64,000 nucleotides of DNA from Vulcanimicrobiota bacterium (lineage in GTDB: Bacteria; Vulcanimicrobiota; Vulcanimicrobiia; Vulcanimicrobiales; Vulcanimicrobiaceae): the NCBI GenBank assembly GCA_963695225.1, contig OY968762.1, positions 1,280,001 to 1,344,000 of the forward strand, given 5' to 3'. The position numbers were made by a program, and so were the translations under genes. Positions 39,859 through 51,529 of this stretch are shown here, piece after piece. Numbering within the stretch: the stretch's first letter is position 1; each line of letters opens with the position of its first letter. The notes beneath the pieces are model-generated. The model had not been told where the DNA came from. It did not search any database and saw nothing but the letters and a program-made list of their open reading frames with translations.

Positions 39859-42573
39859 CTAGTCTTGCGAGACGCCGCCGCGGGCCCGTCCGGCGAGCGC
39901 GGCCTGCGCGGCCGAGAGGCGCGCGATCGGGACGCGATACGGCGAACACGAGACATAGTTCAGGCCGAGCGTGTGGCAGAACTCGACGCTCGACGGCTCC
40001 CCGCCGTGCTCGCCGCAGATCCCGATCTTCAGGTCTGCCCGGGCGCCCCGGCCACGCTCCACCGCCAGCCGCATCAGCCCCCCGACGCCTTCCCGGTCGA
40101 GCACCTGGAACGGATCGTCGGCGAGGATCTTCAGATCCAGGTAGCGCGGGATGAACGATCCCTCGGCGTCGTCGCGCGAGTAGCCGTAGGTCGTCTGCGT
40201 GAGGTCGTTCGTGCCGAACGAGAAGAACTGCGCGTGTTCCGCGAGCTTGTCCGCGACCACGCAGGCGCGCGGCAGCTCGATCATCGTGCCGACCCGGTAG
40301 GGGACCGGCGTTCCGTGCGCCGCGATCACCGCGTCCGCGACTTCGCGCGCCGCCTTGACGGTGAAGCGGATCTCCTCGACGACCCCGACGCCCGGGATCA
40401 TCACGTCGGGCCGCGCGTCGACGCCCTTGGCCCGCAACGCGCAGGCCGCCTCGAAGAGCGCGCGCACCTGCATCGCGTAGATCTCGGGATAGACGATTCC
40501 GAGGCGGCAAACACGCAGGCCCAGCATCGGATTCTGTTCGTGCAGCTGACGGACGCGCGCGAGGACCTTGGCGCGTTCGACGTACTCCGGCGACTCCTCG
40601 CCCTTCTGCAACCGCAATTCCGTCACTTCGACGAGCAGGTCTTCGAGCGACGGCAAGAACTCGTGCAGCGGCGGATCCAGCAGGCGCACGGTCACCGTAT
40701 GGCCGGCCATCGCGCTCAGAATGCCCGTGAAATCGTCGCGCTGGAACGGCAGGAGCAACGCGAGCGCCTCGGCCCGCGCTTCCGGCGTGTTCGCCATGAT
40801 CATGCGCTGGACGATCGGCAAGCGCTCTTGCTGCATGAACATGTGCTCGGTCCGGCAGAGCCCGATCCCGGTCGCGCCGAGTTCGCGAGCCTTGCGCGCG
40901 TCCTCCGGCGTGTCGGCGTTCGCCCAGACTTCCATGTGCTTGTACTCGTCGGTCCAGCGCAAGTATTCCGCGAGCCAAGGCGGCAACTCACTCGGCGGAT
41001 CGATCAGCGCGAGCTTTCCGAGCACGACCGTCCCGGCCGTCCCGTCGATCGTGATGTGATCGCCCTCGTGCAGCGTGATGCCAGCGAGCGTCGCGGTGTG
41101 CGCGTGCTCGTCGAACGTGAGCACGTCGCAGCCGCTGACGCACGATTTCCCCATCCCGCGCGCGACGACGGCCGCGTGCGAGGTCGCGCCGCCGCGCGCC
41201 GTCAGCACGCCGCGGGCCGCGATGATGCCGTGCACGTCGTCCGGCGTCGTTTCGTTCCGAACGAGGATCACGGCCTTCCCTGCGGCCGCCCACGCGACCG
41301 CCGTATCCGGATCGAACACGATCGCGCCCGAAGCCGCGCCCGGCGAAGCGTTCAGACCGCGCGCGGTGATCTCGTAGCTCTCGCTTGGGTCGATGCGCGC
41401 GTGGAAGAGTTGGTCGAGCGTCGCCGCGTCGACGCGACGCAGAGCCTCCGCACGATCGATGAACCCTTCGTGCACCATGTCGAGCGCGATCCGCACCGCG
41501 GCCTCGGCGCTGCGCTTCCCGCTGCGCGTCTGCAGCATGTACAGCTTCCCACGCTCGACCGTGAACTCGAGATCCTGCATGTCGCCGTAGTGTTGTTCGA
41601 GCTTACGCGCGATCGCCAAGAACTGCGCGTAGATCTCTGGCTGCTTGGCCTCCAGGCTCGCGATCGGTTCCGGCGTGCGGATCCCCGCGACGACGTCCTC
41701 GCCCTGAGCGTTGACCAAGTACTCGCCGAAGAGAACGTTCTTTCCGGTATTCGGGTCGCGCGTGAAAGCAACGCCCGTCCCCGAATCGTCGCCCAGGTTT
41801 CCGAAGACCATCGCGATGATGTTGACGGCCGTGCCCCAGTCGTCCGGAATCTTGTTGTAGCGGCGGTAATCCGTGGCGCGCTTGGAGTGCCAGGAATCAA
41901 AAACGGCCTGCACCGCCAGCATCAACTGCTCGTGGACGTCCTGCGGAAACGCGCGTCCGGCGTGCTCTTGCACGATCCCCTTGAACTTCGTCACGACGGC
42001 CTGCCAGGCGCTCGCATCCAGTTCGGGATCGGTCGCGACGCCCGCCCGCGCGCGCGCCGCGGTGATCTCGTGCTCGAAGCGATCTTTTTCGATCCCGAGC
42101 ACGACGCTGCCGAACATCGAGATGAAACGCCGGTAGGCATCCCACGCGAAGCGCGGATTGTCGGTCAACTTCGCGAGGCCCTCGACGGTCTCGTCGTTGA
42201 GCCCGAGGTTGAGGATCGTATCCATCATCCCCGGCATCGAAACGCGCGCGCCGCTGCGCACCGAGAGCAAGAGCGGGTTCGCGACGCCGCCGAACGATTT
42301 ACCGGCGCGCTCTTCGAGCGCGCGCAACGCGCATTCGATCTCGGCTTCGAGGCCGGCGGGCATCTGCCGGCCTTCTTTGTAGAACGCGAGGCACGCCTCG
42401 GTCGTGATCGTGAAGCCGGGCGGTACCGGCAGCCCCGCGCGAGTCATCTCGGCGAGCCCGGCGCCCTTCCCGCCGAGCAGATTCTTCATCTCGGCACGGC
42501 CCTCTTCCAGGGTGTAGACGCGTTTCGGAACGCCGACGGCGGGCGGGGTGGCGGCAGGCGCAACTTCAGTCAT
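39859..42573 (-). CDS. ppdK: Pyruvate, phosphate dikinase
   Basis: GGKGAGL, SVRSGA, GGATSHAAVVAR, GLCRTEHM, GTNDLTQ, ICGEHGG motifs. Confidence 0.97.
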   Translation of the reverse strand: MTEVAPAATPPAVGVPKRVYTLEEGRAEMKNLLGGKGAGLAEMTRAGLPVPPGFTITTEACLAFYKEGRQMPAGLEAEIECALRALEERAGKSFGGVANPLLLSVRSGARVSMPGMMDTILNLGLNDETVEGLAKLTDNPRFAWDAYRRFISMFGSVVLGIEKDRFEHEITAARARAGVATDPELDASAWQAVVTKFKGIVQEHAGRAFPQDVHEQLMLAVQAVFDSWHSKRATDYRRYNKIPDDWGTAVNIIAMVFGNLGDDSGTGVAFTRDPNTGKNVLFGEYLVNAQGEDVVAGIRTPEPIASLEAKQPEIYAQFLAIARKLEQHYGDMQDLEFTVERGKLYMLQTRSGKRSAEAAVRIALDMVHEGFIDRAEALRRVDAATLDQLFHARIDPSESYEITARGLNASPGAASGAIVFDPDTAVAWAAAGKAVILVRNETTPDDVHGIIAARGVLTARGGATSHAAVVARGMGKSCVSGCDVLTFDEHAHTATLAGITLHEGDHITIDGTAGTVVLGKLALIDPPSELPPWLAEYLRWTDEYKHMEVWANADTPEDARKARELGATGIGLCRTEHMFMQQERLPIVQRMIMANTPEARAEALALLLPFQRDDFTGILSAMAGHTVTVRLLDPPLHEFLPSLEDLLVEVTELRLQKGEESPEYVERAKVLARVRQLHEQNPMLGLRVCRLGIVYPEIYAMQVRALFEAACALRAKGVDARPDVMIPGVGVVEEIRFTVKAAREVADAVIAAHGTPVPYRVGTMIELPRACVVADKLAEHAQFFSFGTNDLTQTTYGYSRDDAEGSFIPRYLDLKILADDPFQVLDREGVGGLMRLAVERGRGARADLKIGICGEHGGEPSSVEFCHTLGLNYVSCSPYRVPIARLSAAQAALAGRARGGVSQD

Positions 42574-42677
42574 GATGCTATCGCGGATTAGCGGAGGTTT
42601 CGCGGTTTCCTTGGGCACGTTTCGCGGGCGCTCGGCCCGGCTTGCGGCGGTGCCTTTGTGAGCCTCGGCTAACTAGG

Positions 42678-43463
42678 TTAGCGCGAGACGAGCGTCGTGC
42701 CGCCGCCGGAAAGCGCCGCGCTGACCGCCCCGCGCCCCGAGCCGCCGATCGCGACGGAGCGGGCCCCCGCGTCGAGCGCCGCGAGGGCGCTCTCCATCTT
42801 GGGGACCATCCCGCCGTCGAACGTCCCGTCGGCGAGCAGATCCCGCGCCTCGGAAGCGACCAAGCGCGCGATGCCGCTCTCCGGATCGTCCAAGCGCCGC
42901 CGGACCCGGTCGACGTTCGTCACGATGACGAACGCATCGGCGCCCAGCGCCCCCGCGATCGCCCCGGCCGCCGTGTCGGCGTTGATGTTGAGGGCCTGCG
43001 AGCCGTTGCGCGTGGCCCCCAGCGGCGCGACGACCGGCGTGAAGCCGGCCGCGAGGAGCGTCTGGAGCAGTTCGGTCCGGACCGCGACGATCTCGCCGAC
43101 GAAGCCGAGCGAGGCGCCCTTGATCGGCGCCCTTTGCTGGGCGACGAGCAGAGCGCCGTCCTCACCGCTGATCCCCACGGCGCGCACGTCGCGCGTCGCC
43201 AGCGCCCGGACGAGCGCCTTGTTCACGTTTCCACAGAGGACGGCTTCGGTGACGGCGAGCGTTGCGGCGTCGGTGACGCGCAGCCCATCGACGCGCACCT
43301 GCCCGATCCCGCGTTCGGCCAGCGCCGCATCGATCTGGGGCCCGCCGCCGTGCACGAGGACGAGCCGGTCGCCGGACCGGACGCGCGCCGCGCAATCGTC
43401 GAGGACGGGGTCGTCCTCGGTCGCGGCCATCGCGTTCCCGCCGTATTTCAAGACGATCAGCAC
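42678..43463 (-). CDS. argB: Acetylglutamate kinase
   Basis: KYGGNA, HGGGPQI, GLRVT, NINAD, GGMVPK motifs. Confidence 0.94.
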   Translation of the reverse strand: MLIVLKYGGNAMAATEDDPVLDDCAARVRSGDRLVLVHGGGPQIDAALAERGIGQVRVDGLRVTDAATLAVTEAVLCGNVNKALVRALATRDVRAVGISGEDGALLVAQQRAPIKGASLGFVGEIVAVRTELLQTLLAAGFTPVVAPLGATRNGSQALNINADTAAGAIAGALGADAFVIVTNVDRVRRRLDDPESGIARLVASEARDLLADGTFDGGMVPKMESALAALDAGARSVAIGGSGRGAVSAALSGGGTTLVSR

Positions 43464-43504
43464 GCCCGAAGTGTGCGGAAGCGACCCGCCGGGGACCTTC
43501 CTCG

Positions 43505-43813
43505 GGCGGCCGATCGCTGGGCCCGCTGGTGGCCGGCAATCGACGGACGGTGCCGCATGACGCTCGCCGATCTTCCTAGGCGCGCGGCTTACTCGTCGCG
43601 AGTTCGTCGACGATACGCTTGCGTCTTGACAAGCTCAAGGTAGCGGGTGGGGCGGGGCTACGGTCTCCCGCGGGGCGTGCAGCTTGCCCGCGGAGCCACG
43701 ATGGCGGGAGCGGGCAAGTGCACGAGTAGCGATTTCGCATGGATGCGAAATCGCGGGCGTCCCCGCGGGAGACCGTAGCCCCGCCCCACCCGCGGGCCCA
43801 GCGATCGGCCGCC
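43505..43813. repeat. Nested inverted-repeat element in the argB-argF spacer
   Basis: 33-bp perfect inverted repeat 43643-43675/43761-43793 enclosing two hairpins; 22-bp perfect inverted repeat 43505-43526/43792-43813. Confidence 0.85.
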
Positions 43814-43820
43814 ACAAGGG

Positions 43821-43857
43821 ATTGCATCTTTATGCAAAATGTGCATAAATTGTCGTA
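43821..43857 (+). promoter_or_regulatory. ARG box(es) overlapping the argF promoter
   Basis: ATTGCATCTTTATGCAAA palindrome followed by a partial TGCATAAAT box; argR is in the operon. Confidence 0.85.
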
Positions 43858-43859
43858 TT

Positions 43860-44831
43860 ATGCTCGCTTCCGTCGCCGACGTCGCCCTGCGGGGGCGCAA
43901 CGTGCTCGCGATCGCCGATCTGGCGCCGCCCGAGATCGGGACGATCCTGGCCCTCGCCGACCACCTTCGCTCCGGGCGCACCGCGGAGCAGCTCCCGCTC
44001 CTGCGCGGGAAGACGCTCGGCATGCTGTTCGAAAAGCCGAGTTTGCGGACGCGCGTCTCCTTTGAGGTCGCGATGACGCAGCTCGGCGGGAACGCGCTCT
44101 TCGCCCAAGGGAGCGAGTTCATGCTCGGCACCCGCGAGACGCCGGAGGACGCCGCCCGCGTGCTCTCGCGGTACGTCGACGCGATCGTGATCCGCACGCA
44201 CGCGCACGCCCCGCTCGAACGCTTCGCCGCGGCCTCGACCGTCCCGGTGATCAACGGCCTCTCGGCGCTCGCCCACCCCTGTCAGGCGCTGGCCGACTTG
44301 CTGACGATCAAAGATCGGTTCGGGACGCTCGGGGGACTGCGGATCTCGTACCTTGGGGACGGGCGCAACAACGTCGCGGCCTCGCTCGCGGAGGCGGCCA
44401 TGCTCTGCGGCGCCTCGGTCACGTTCGGTTCGCCGCCGACCCATCGCCCGACCGAAGCGTTCCTGGCGCATTTGCACGAGCTCGCCAAGCCGTCCGGAGC
44501 GACCGTCCGAGCGTTCACGAGCCCGCTGCGCGCCGTGCGCGAAGCCGATGTGGTCTACACGGACATCTGGACGTCGATGGGTGAGGAAGCCTACACGGAG
44601 CGCAACGCCGCCGCCCTGATGCCCTACCGCGTCACCTCGGAGCTGATGGCCGCAGCCGCGCCGCACGCGGTCTTCATGCACTGCCTCCCCGCGCATCGCG
44701 GCGAGGAAGTCACGGCGGAGGTCATCGACGGCCCGCAGAGCGTCGTCTTCGATCAAGCCGAGAATCGCTTGCACGCCCAGAAAGCGCTGCTTGTCGCGCT
44801 GCTCACCGACCTACGAGGGATGCCCATATGA
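43860..44831 (+). CDS. argF: Ornithine carbamoyltransferase
   Basis: FEKPSLRT, HPCQ, DIWTSMG, HCLPAHRG, QAENR motifs. Confidence 0.94.
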   Translation: MLASVADVALRGRNVLAIADLAPPEIGTILALADHLRSGRTAEQLPLLRGKTLGMLFEKPSLRTRVSFEVAMTQLGGNALFAQGSEFMLGTRETPEDAARVLSRYVDAIVIRTHAHAPLERFAAASTVPVINGLSALAHPCQALADLLTIKDRFGTLGGLRISYLGDGRNNVAASLAEAAMLCGASVTFGSPPTHRPTEAFLAHLHELAKPSGATVRAFTSPLRAVREADVVYTDIWTSMGEEAYTERNAAALMPYRVTSELMAAAAPHAVFMHCLPAHRGEEVTAEVIDGPQSVVFDQAENRLHAQKALLVALLTDLRGMPI

Positions 44832-45309
44832 AAACCACGCGCCAGCGGGCGATCCTCTCGCTGATTGCGACCCGTCCCGTTCACTCGCAAGAGGAACTCG
44901 CCCATTTGCTCGAAGCGCAAGGCTATGCCGTCACGCAAGCGACCGTCTCGCGCGACATCAAGGAGCTCGGTCTCGTCAAGGTGCCGTTGAAGAACGGCGG
45001 CGCCGGAGCCGCGACGCAATTCAAATACGTCGAGCCGGGCCTCACCGCGACGTTCTCGAGCCGCCTGCACCGCGTGATCGCCGAGCTCGTCCTCGACGTG
45101 CGCGGCGCGCTGAATCAGATCGTCCTGCGCACCCCGCCGGGGAGCGCGATGATGGTGGCGACCGCGATCGACAACGCGGAATGGAAAGAAGTCCTCGGCA
45201 CGCTCGCCGGCGACGATACGGTCCTCGTGATCCTCGATGCCCCGACGAGCACGCCGATCGTCATGCAACGTTTCAACGACATGCGTCCAGCAGATACGGA
45301 AGGAACCCC

Positions 45310-45313
<4 letters not shown>
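44828..45313 (+). CDS. argR: Arginine repressor
   Basis: SQEEL, TQATVSRDIKELG, GTLAGDDT motifs. Confidence 0.95.
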
Positions 45314-46529
<1,216 letters not shown>

Positions 46530-46533
<4 letters not shown>

Positions 46534-47936
46534 GCGGATCGCTGCAGTGGGGCGGGCGCTTTGCGGCCCCGCCCGATCGCGAGCTGTTGGCGTTCGGCGC
46601 CTCGCTCGAAGACGATCTCGTTCTCGGCCCGTTCGACGTGCGCTGCTCGCAAGCGCACGTCCTCGCGCTGCGCGGCGGCGAGATCGTCGATGCCGCGACC
46701 GCGGACGCCTTGCTCGACGCGCTCGCGACCGTCGAACGCGAGATCGCGACCGGCGAATTCGCCGCGTTTGCGCGCGCGAGCGGCGCCGAGGACATCCACG
46801 GCGCGATCGACGCGCGCGTGCGGGAACTGACTGCCGCGGGCGAGTCGCTCCACAGTGGGCGCAGCCGGAACGATCAGGTCGCGACGACGCTCCTGCTCTA
46901 CGTGCGCGATCGCGCGGCGCTCGGCAGCCGCGTCTCGGCGCGGCTCGCCCGGTTCGCGCTGGCGCGGGCGCGCGAGGAACTCGGCCGCGGCACGCTGCTC
47001 GCGGCGACGACGCACTGGCAGCCCGCGCAGCCGATCTCGCTCGCTTTCTGGTACGAAGCGGTCGCCGAGATCTTCACGCGCGCGGCCCGGCGCTTCGCGC
47101 GCGTCGAGCGGGACGCCCGCGAAGCCTGTCCGCTCGGCTCCGGCGCCTGTAGCGGTTCCACGCTCCCGCTCGATCGTGCGGCGGCGGCCGACGCGCTCGG
47201 CTTCGCGCGCCCCACGCGCAACGCGCTCGACGCGATCGGCGATCGCGACATCGCGCTCGATCTGCTGCAAGCCGTCACGCGCGCCACGGTCGCCTGCTCG
47301 CGCATCTGCGAAGAGGCCGTCATCTACTGCACGCCCGCGTTCGGCTACGCGCGCCTCGACGATTCCGCCTCGACCGGTTCGAGCTTGATGCCGCAAAAGC
47401 GCAATCCCGATCCGTTCGAGCACGTCCGCGCGCACGCGGCGCTGCTGAACGGGACGCTCGCCGGAGCGCTGGGCGCGGCGACCGGGATCGCGCTGTCGTA
47501 CCACGGCGATCTCCAGGAAGTCAAAGCGCAGGTCTTGCGCGGAACCGAACGCGGCCTCGCGACGCTCGCGGCGTTCGAGCGCGCGTTCGCGGCGCTCCGC
47601 TGGAATCCGGACGTGATGGCGCAGCGGGCCGAACTCGGGTACGTCGTCGCGACCGACGTCGCGGACGCGCTGATCGCCCGCGGCGTCTCGGCGCGGCGGG
47701 CGCATTCCCTCGTCGGAGAAGTCGTCACCGCTGCGGAACGCGAAGGACGGCCGCTCGCCGAACGCGATCTCGCCGCGCTCGCCGAACGCGCCGGGCTCGA
47801 GCGGTTCGAAGCCCCGCTCGACGCGCGGGCCTCGATCGCGGCAAAGGTGACTCCCGGCTCAACCTCCCCGGCGGCGGTGAAGCACGCGATCGACGAGCTC
47901 GCGAATCTGCTCGACGGAGAGTTCCGCATCCCATGA
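46530..47936 (+). CDS. argH: Argininosuccinate lyase
   Basis: WGGRF, EDIH, GRSRNDQV, GSSLMPQKRNPD motifs. Confidence 0.94.
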
Positions 47937-48931
47937 CGCGCGTGCACGTGATCGGGGCCGCGGGCTATGCCGCGGCCGAAGTTCTCCGTTTCGTTTCCCG
48001 CCATCCGAGGCTCGAACTCGGCGCGATCGAGAGCCGCTCGCACGCAGGCCGATCCGTCGGCGCGAGCGTCCCGCTGCTGCGCGGGCTCGACCGCACCTTC
48101 GATGCGCCGGGCGCCGTCCTTGCGACGCTCGCACCCGGCGAGATCGTCGTCTGCGCCGGGGCCTCCGGCGAGGCCCGGAAGCTCGTCCCGCCGCTGCTCG
48201 CGCGCGGCGCTCGCGCGATCGACCTCTCGAGCGATCTGCGGGAGACCGCGAACGCCGCGCTCCCCGAAAGCGGCGTGGTCGCCGTCTACGGATTGACCGA
48301 ACGGTACCGCGCCGCGATCGCGACGGCCCGGCTCGTCGCAAACCCCGGATGTTACCCGACCGCGACGCTGCTCGCGCTCCTTCCGCTCGCGCCGTTCGCG
48401 GGGGAGATCGTGCAACTGATCGTCGACGCCAAGAGCGGCATCACGGGCGCGGGGCGGACCCCTGCGCTCGGCTCGATGTTCGCGGAGGTCGCGGGGGACG
48501 TGCGCGCCTACGGGCTCGACGGACACCGCCACGAGCCGGAGATTCGGCAAGAGCTCGATGCAGCCGGGATCGCAGCGCCGCTCGTCTTCACGCCGCACGT
48601 CGTCCCGATCGCGCGCGGCATGCTCGTCGACGCGTACGCGATCTTCCGCGAAGCGCCCGATCCGCGCGCGATCGCCGCGGCGTTCGCGCAAGCCTACGCG
48701 GGGAATCCGTTCGTGCGTCTGCTCCCCGCGGGCCAAGCACCGAGCCTCCCGTCCGTCGCGGGGACGAACGACGTGGAGTTGCACGTATCGGTGAAGGGGA
48801 ACGTCGCGCGCATCCTTGCCGCCGACGACAATCTCGGAAAAGGCGCCGCAGGTCAAGCGGTGCAGAACGTCAACGTCATGCTGGGTTTACCGGAGGAGTG
48901 CGGGTTCCATGATCGCGTCGTCGTCCAATAA
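47933..48931 (+). CDS. argC: N-acetyl-gamma-glutamyl-phosphate reductase
   Basis: GAAGY, ANPGCYPT, HRHEPEI, DNLGKGAAGQAVQN motifs. Confidence 0.94.
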   Translation: MTRVHVIGAAGYAAAEVLRFVSRHPRLELGAIESRSHAGRSVGASVPLLRGLDRTFDAPGAVLATLAPGEIVVCAGASGEARKLVPPLLARGARAIDLSSDLRETANAALPESGVVAVYGLTERYRAAIATARLVANPGCYPTATLLALLPLAPFAGEIVQLIVDAKSGITGAGRTPALGSMFAEVAGDVRAYGLDGHRHEPEIRQELDAAGIAAPLVFTPHVVPIARGMLVDAYAIFREAPDPRAIAAAFAQAYAGNPFVRLLPAGQAPSLPSVAGTNDVELHVSVKGNVARILAADDNLGKGAAGQAVQNVNVMLGLPEECGFHDRVVVQ

Positions 48932-50150
48932 CGCCGGGAACGGCGCGACCAGCCTGATCGAGGTCAAGGGCGGCCTCGGCGCCGTCCCGGGAGTGAAACT
49001 CGCCGGCGTCCATGCCGCGATCAAGAAGCGCAAGCTCGATCTCGCGCTCGTCGTCTTCGACGCGCCGCAAGTCTGCGCGTCGGTCATCACGACGAACGAG
49101 ATCAAAGCGGCCCCGCTGCTCGTCACGAACGAACACCTCGCGCAGTGCGGCGAACGGATGCGCGCGCTCGTCTGCAATTCCGGCTGCGCGAATGCCTGCA
49201 CCGGCGCGCGCGGCGAGCGCGACGCGCGCGCGACCGCGCGCCAGGCGGCCGCGCTGCTCGGCCTCGAGCCGGCGCAGGTCGTCGTCGCGTCGACCGGCGT
49301 CATCGGCGTCTACCTGCCGATGGATCGCGTCGCGAAGGGGCTCGAGCGCGCAGCGAAAGATCTCGACGACGGTCCCGAGGCCTCGTACGACGCGGCCGAA
49401 GCCATCATGACGACGGACCGCGTCCCGAAGCTCTCCGCCTATGCGTTCTACGACGGAGAGCGCCGCTACGTCGTCGGCGGGATCGCGAAAGGCTCCGGCA
49501 TGATCGCTCCCAACCTCGCGACGATGCTCTCGTTCATCGCGACGGACGCGCCGATGTCCCGCGCGGCGCTGCAGGCCGAGCTCGTGGAGGCGTGCGAGGA
49601 TTCGTTCAACATGATCTCCGTCGACGGCGACATGTCGACGAACGACGCCGTCTATGCGTTCGCGCCCGCGCCGAAGGCCGGCGAAGCGCCGGCTCCCCCC
49701 GGTTTCCGCGAAGTGCTCCGCGCCGTCGCCCATGACCTGGCGATCGCGATGGTGCGCGACGGCGAGGGGGCGACGAAGACGCTCACGATCGAAGTCACCG
49801 GAGCTCGCGAAACCGCGCAGGCTCGCGCGATCGCCCGAGCGATCGTGAACTCGAGCCTTGTCAAGACGGCGTTCCACGGCGAAGATCCGAACTGGGGACG
49901 CATCATCGCCGCGGCCGGCAGCGTCCACGCCGGGCTCGATCCCGAAACCTGGTCGATCGCGCTGAATTCGAAGACCTGGGTCGAGCGCGGGGCGATCGAG
50001 GCGCTCTCCGAGGCCGAGGCCCATCGCGAACTCGAGGGAACGAACGTGACCGTGGCGCTCGATCTCGGCATGGGGAGCGCCAGCGCGACGGCGTGGGGCT
50101 GCGACCTCAGCCGCGACTACGTGCGCATCAACGCGCACTACCGCACGTGA
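48909..50150 (+). CDS. argJ: Ornithine acetyltransferase
   Basis: NSGCANA, STGVIG, KGSGMIAPNLATML, DMSTND, DGEGA, NWGR, YVRINA motifs. Confidence 0.95.
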   Translation: MIASSSNNAGNGATSLIEVKGGLGAVPGVKLAGVHAAIKKRKLDLALVVFDAPQVCASVITTNEIKAAPLLVTNEHLAQCGERMRALVCNSGCANACTGARGERDARATARQAAALLGLEPAQVVVASTGVIGVYLPMDRVAKGLERAAKDLDDGPEASYDAAEAIMTTDRVPKLSAYAFYDGERRYVVGGIAKGSGMIAPNLATMLSFIATDAPMSRAALQAELVEACEDSFNMISVDGDMSTNDAVYAFAPAPKAGEAPAPPGFREVLRAVAHDLAIAMVRDGEGATKTLTIEVTGARETAQARAIARAIVNSSLVKTAFHGEDPNWGRIIAAAGSVHAGLDPETWSIALNSKTWVERGAIEALSEAEAHRELEGTNVTVALDLGMGSASATAWGCDLSRDYVRINAHYRT

Positions 50151-51349
50151 ACGAGCCGGCTGCGATCGGTCACGCCCACCTGCTCGAGAACTACGCCCGC
50201 GCCCCGCTCACGATCGTACGCGGCGAGGGCGTCTGGCTCTACGACGAGCGCGGCACGCGCTATCTCGACTTCGTCGCGGGGATCGCGGTTTGCGCGCTCG
50301 GGCACGCCCACCCGGCGATCACCGCGGCGGTCGCCGAGCAGGCCGGGCGCCTCGTGCAATGCAGCAATCTCTTCCATCACGAGCCTGCCGGGCGCCTCGC
50401 GAACGAACTCGCCGGACGCTCCGGATTCCAGCGCGTCTTCTTCTGCAACTCGGGCGCGGAAGCGAACGAGGCGGCGATCAAGCTCGCGCGCAAGTTCGCC
50501 TACCGCCGGGGCGAGGCCGAACGGCGCACGATCCTCTCCTGCGAGGGCGGCTTCCACGGCCGCACGCTCGGGGCGCTCGCCGCGACCCCGAACCCCGCCT
50601 ACCACGTGGGCTTCGAACCGCTCCCCGGCGGCTTCGCGCACGTCCCGTTCAACGATACCGAAGCACTCGATCGCGCGCTCGACGGGACCGTAGCGGCGTT
50701 CATCGTCGAGCCGGTCCAAGGGGAGAGCGGGATCGTCCCGGCCGAGCCGGCGTTCCTGGCGGCGGCCCGGCGCCTCTGCGACGAGCGCGGCGCGCTCCTG
50801 GTCTTCGACGAGATCCAATGCGGCATGGGGCGGCTCGGGACGCTGTTCGCGTTCGACGCGTACGGCGTGCGGCCCGATCTCGTGACGATGGCGAAAGCGC
50901 TGGCGAACGGGCTCCCGATCGGCGCCCTCTTGATCGACGAACGGTGCGCCTCTGGGCTGCAACCCGGAGACCACGGCACGACCTTCGGCGGGTCGCCGGT
51001 ACCGTGCGCCGCCGCGCTCGCGCACCTGCAAGTTCGAGACGGGCTCGGCCTCGACGAGCACGTCCGCGAGATCGGCGCGTTCCTGCACGACGGGCTCCGG
51101 GAACTGGCAACCCGCTTTCCGGCGATCGCCGGCGAGCCCCGCGGGCGGGGCCTGATGCTCGGGCTCCCCATTCGCGAACCGCTTGCGGCCAAAGACGTCG
51201 CCGCGGCCGCCCGCGAGCGCGAGTTCCTCCTCGTGAACGCGGCGGGGCGCAACACGATCCGGCTCGTCCCGCCGCTCGTCCTCTCGCTCGAGGAGGCACG
51301 GGACGGGCTCGGCCGCCTGGAACGCGCCCTCGCCGCATTTGCAGCGTAA
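50147..51349 (+). CDS. argD: Acetylornithine aminotransferase
   Basis: NSGAEANE, FHGRT, EPVQGE, DEIQCG, AKAL, HGTTFGG motifs. Confidence 0.93.
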   Translation: MNEPAAIGHAHLLENYARAPLTIVRGEGVWLYDERGTRYLDFVAGIAVCALGHAHPAITAAVAEQAGRLVQCSNLFHHEPAGRLANELAGRSGFQRVFFCNSGAEANEAAIKLARKFAYRRGEAERRTILSCEGGFHGRTLGALAATPNPAYHVGFEPLPGGFAHVPFNDTEALDRALDGTVAAFIVEPVQGESGIVPAEPAFLAAARRLCDERGALLVFDEIQCGMGRLGTLFAFDAYGVRPDLVTMAKALANGLPIGALLIDERCASGLQPGDHGTTFGGSPVPCAAALAHLQVRDGLGLDEHVREIGAFLHDGLRELATRFPAIAGEPRGRGLMLGLPIREPLAAKDVAAAAREREFLLVNAAGRNTIRLVPPLVLSLEEARDGLGRLERALAAFAA

Positions 51350-51529
51350 GGCGTCCCGCGCTTTACCGAAGGTTAACCAAAGGGCCAATCGATTTCGGAA
51401 CCTCCCGCCGTGCCCGTGCGTCTTGAGGTTTGGGCGCGTTTCGCCGATAGGCTAGAAGGTATCCACAAGGTCTCGCGGACGATCGTCCCAACTTCTCCTG
51501 TGAGCCGGCGCCGGCCGGAACCGCTCTGG

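Noticed and set aside
44028..44054. SLRT instead of STRT in ArgF, which could indicate an N-acyl-ornithine transcarbamylase
   Set aside because: The SMG and HCLPAHRG motifs are canonical for ornithine carbamoyltransferase, and argJ supplies free ornithine.
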